DNA of 63,842 nt, filler included, from Phoronis australis (taxonomy: Eukaryota > Animalia > Phoronida): assembly GCA_002633005.1 (NCBI GenBank). It is 8 parts of 8 records of this genome, joined end to end, with 100 filler letters (N's around TTAATTAATTAA, not from the genome) between each part and the next. Parts side by side here need not be neighbours in the genome. Positions count along the whole stretch, not along the records: positions 59,201 to 63,842 come from NMRA01002530.1; 7 more parts are not named here. One strand, written 5' to 3'. Positions 62,943 to 63,842 of the stretch are shown here, in pieces. The translations under genes were made by a program, and so were the position numbers. How positions within the stretch are numbered: the stretch's first letter is position 1; every line of letters begins with the position of its first letter. The notes under the pieces were generated by a model. That model searched no databases, was not told where the DNA came from, and worked only from the letters and a program-made list of their open reading frames with translations.

Positions 62943-63842
62943 GTAAGTCTGCGCATGCTGAAGCAAAACGTACGTTAGAGCAATCCTACCATCAAAGTAA
63001 ATTGATGACGTGCAAGTAGTAAAAATGAGACACATGTCCGAGTTATCAAGCTAGATGTTTTTATGTTTAAAGAGGCCTGGAATGCGATAAAAAGATTAAA
63101 TTGAAATATTGAAAGTAACTCTCTACCACTAAAACAGGATTCAACCTGCTCACCAGGTATTTTTAGGATTTGTTCGTAAAGATTTTTGATTTCTGTTGAC
63201 AAGAAAGTATTTTCTTTTATCTTCAAAATTCTCAAAAACGATTCGTCAACTGCTCGTCGATTTTGTTCTCACAAGACAGCACGTCTTCTTATTTAGTATG
63301 GCAAGACATAGAAGTAGCACATTTCCTTATGTGGAAAATGTGACTTTTGACCTCAAGCGACTTCAAGCAATTAACTGTGAGCGTAGACGTGCATTTATCC
63401 CAAGTGGGAGGGATATTAGAAAGTCTTTGGTAATCACAGAGTTTTTCCTTTGCGTGTATTTTGAAAATCGTGAAATTTGTGATTTTTATGCAAATTTCCT
63501 CTGAGGGGAAAGTGAATTACTCTGTACAAGACGTTGCGATGTGGTACTGTCGTCAGAAATTGTTTGAAATATGTTTTGGATGAGCTCTCGCGTTCCATTC
63601 CTCTTTAACGTTTCTAGTATGACGAGTAAGTTTTTACTTCAAAAGTTTTTGCAAATGTACTAATTTTTCGAACGAATTACCTTTGCTAAGATTTTTTTTG
63701 GTAGATTATTTAGGAAGTTTGATTCGTTCGCTTGTCGAGGACACAAATCAAAATTTAGTCAACTTCTAAGCATTGTCCCCACTAGTGCAATGAAGTGTCG
63801 AAGCCAACTACACGAAGTCCTACATGTAGAGTACACATCAAT

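Overview
This is AT-rich, intron-containing animal (invertebrate-like) genomic DNA. It is not one locus: eight contigs are joined by artificial 100-nt spacers (N44-TTAATTAATTAA-N44) at 3369, 7663, 37042, 40278, 48493, 56150 and 59101, and there is one N-gap at 57646-57970. Most ORF-track entries are noise or single exons. The main result is on the 29-kb contig 7763-37041. It carries three tandem, co-oriented, highly diverged paralogous type-I membrane receptor genes that I rebuilt from GT-AG splice sites. Their architecture is signal peptide, SUEL/Gal-lectin-like domain, atypical CUB-like domain, Thr-rich mucin stalk, TM helix and a tyrosine-motif (ITIM-like, NxxY) cytoplasmic tail. This is a candidate lineage-specific recognition/immune receptor cluster. 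A decayed piggyBac transposase and an intronless USP (peptidase C19) pseudogene lie between receptors 2 and 3, and three nested TIR elements lie upstream of receptor 1. The other contigs hold an nAChR-type exon, a folate-receptor-family 5' exon, a degenerate (TAACCC)n array with higher-order structure, a decayed LINE, a Kolobok-like element, the 3' half of a multi-EGF transmembrane gene and two SLC9C/SOS1-type Na+/H+ exchanger exons. All family calls come from motif recognition by eye; no database searches were run.
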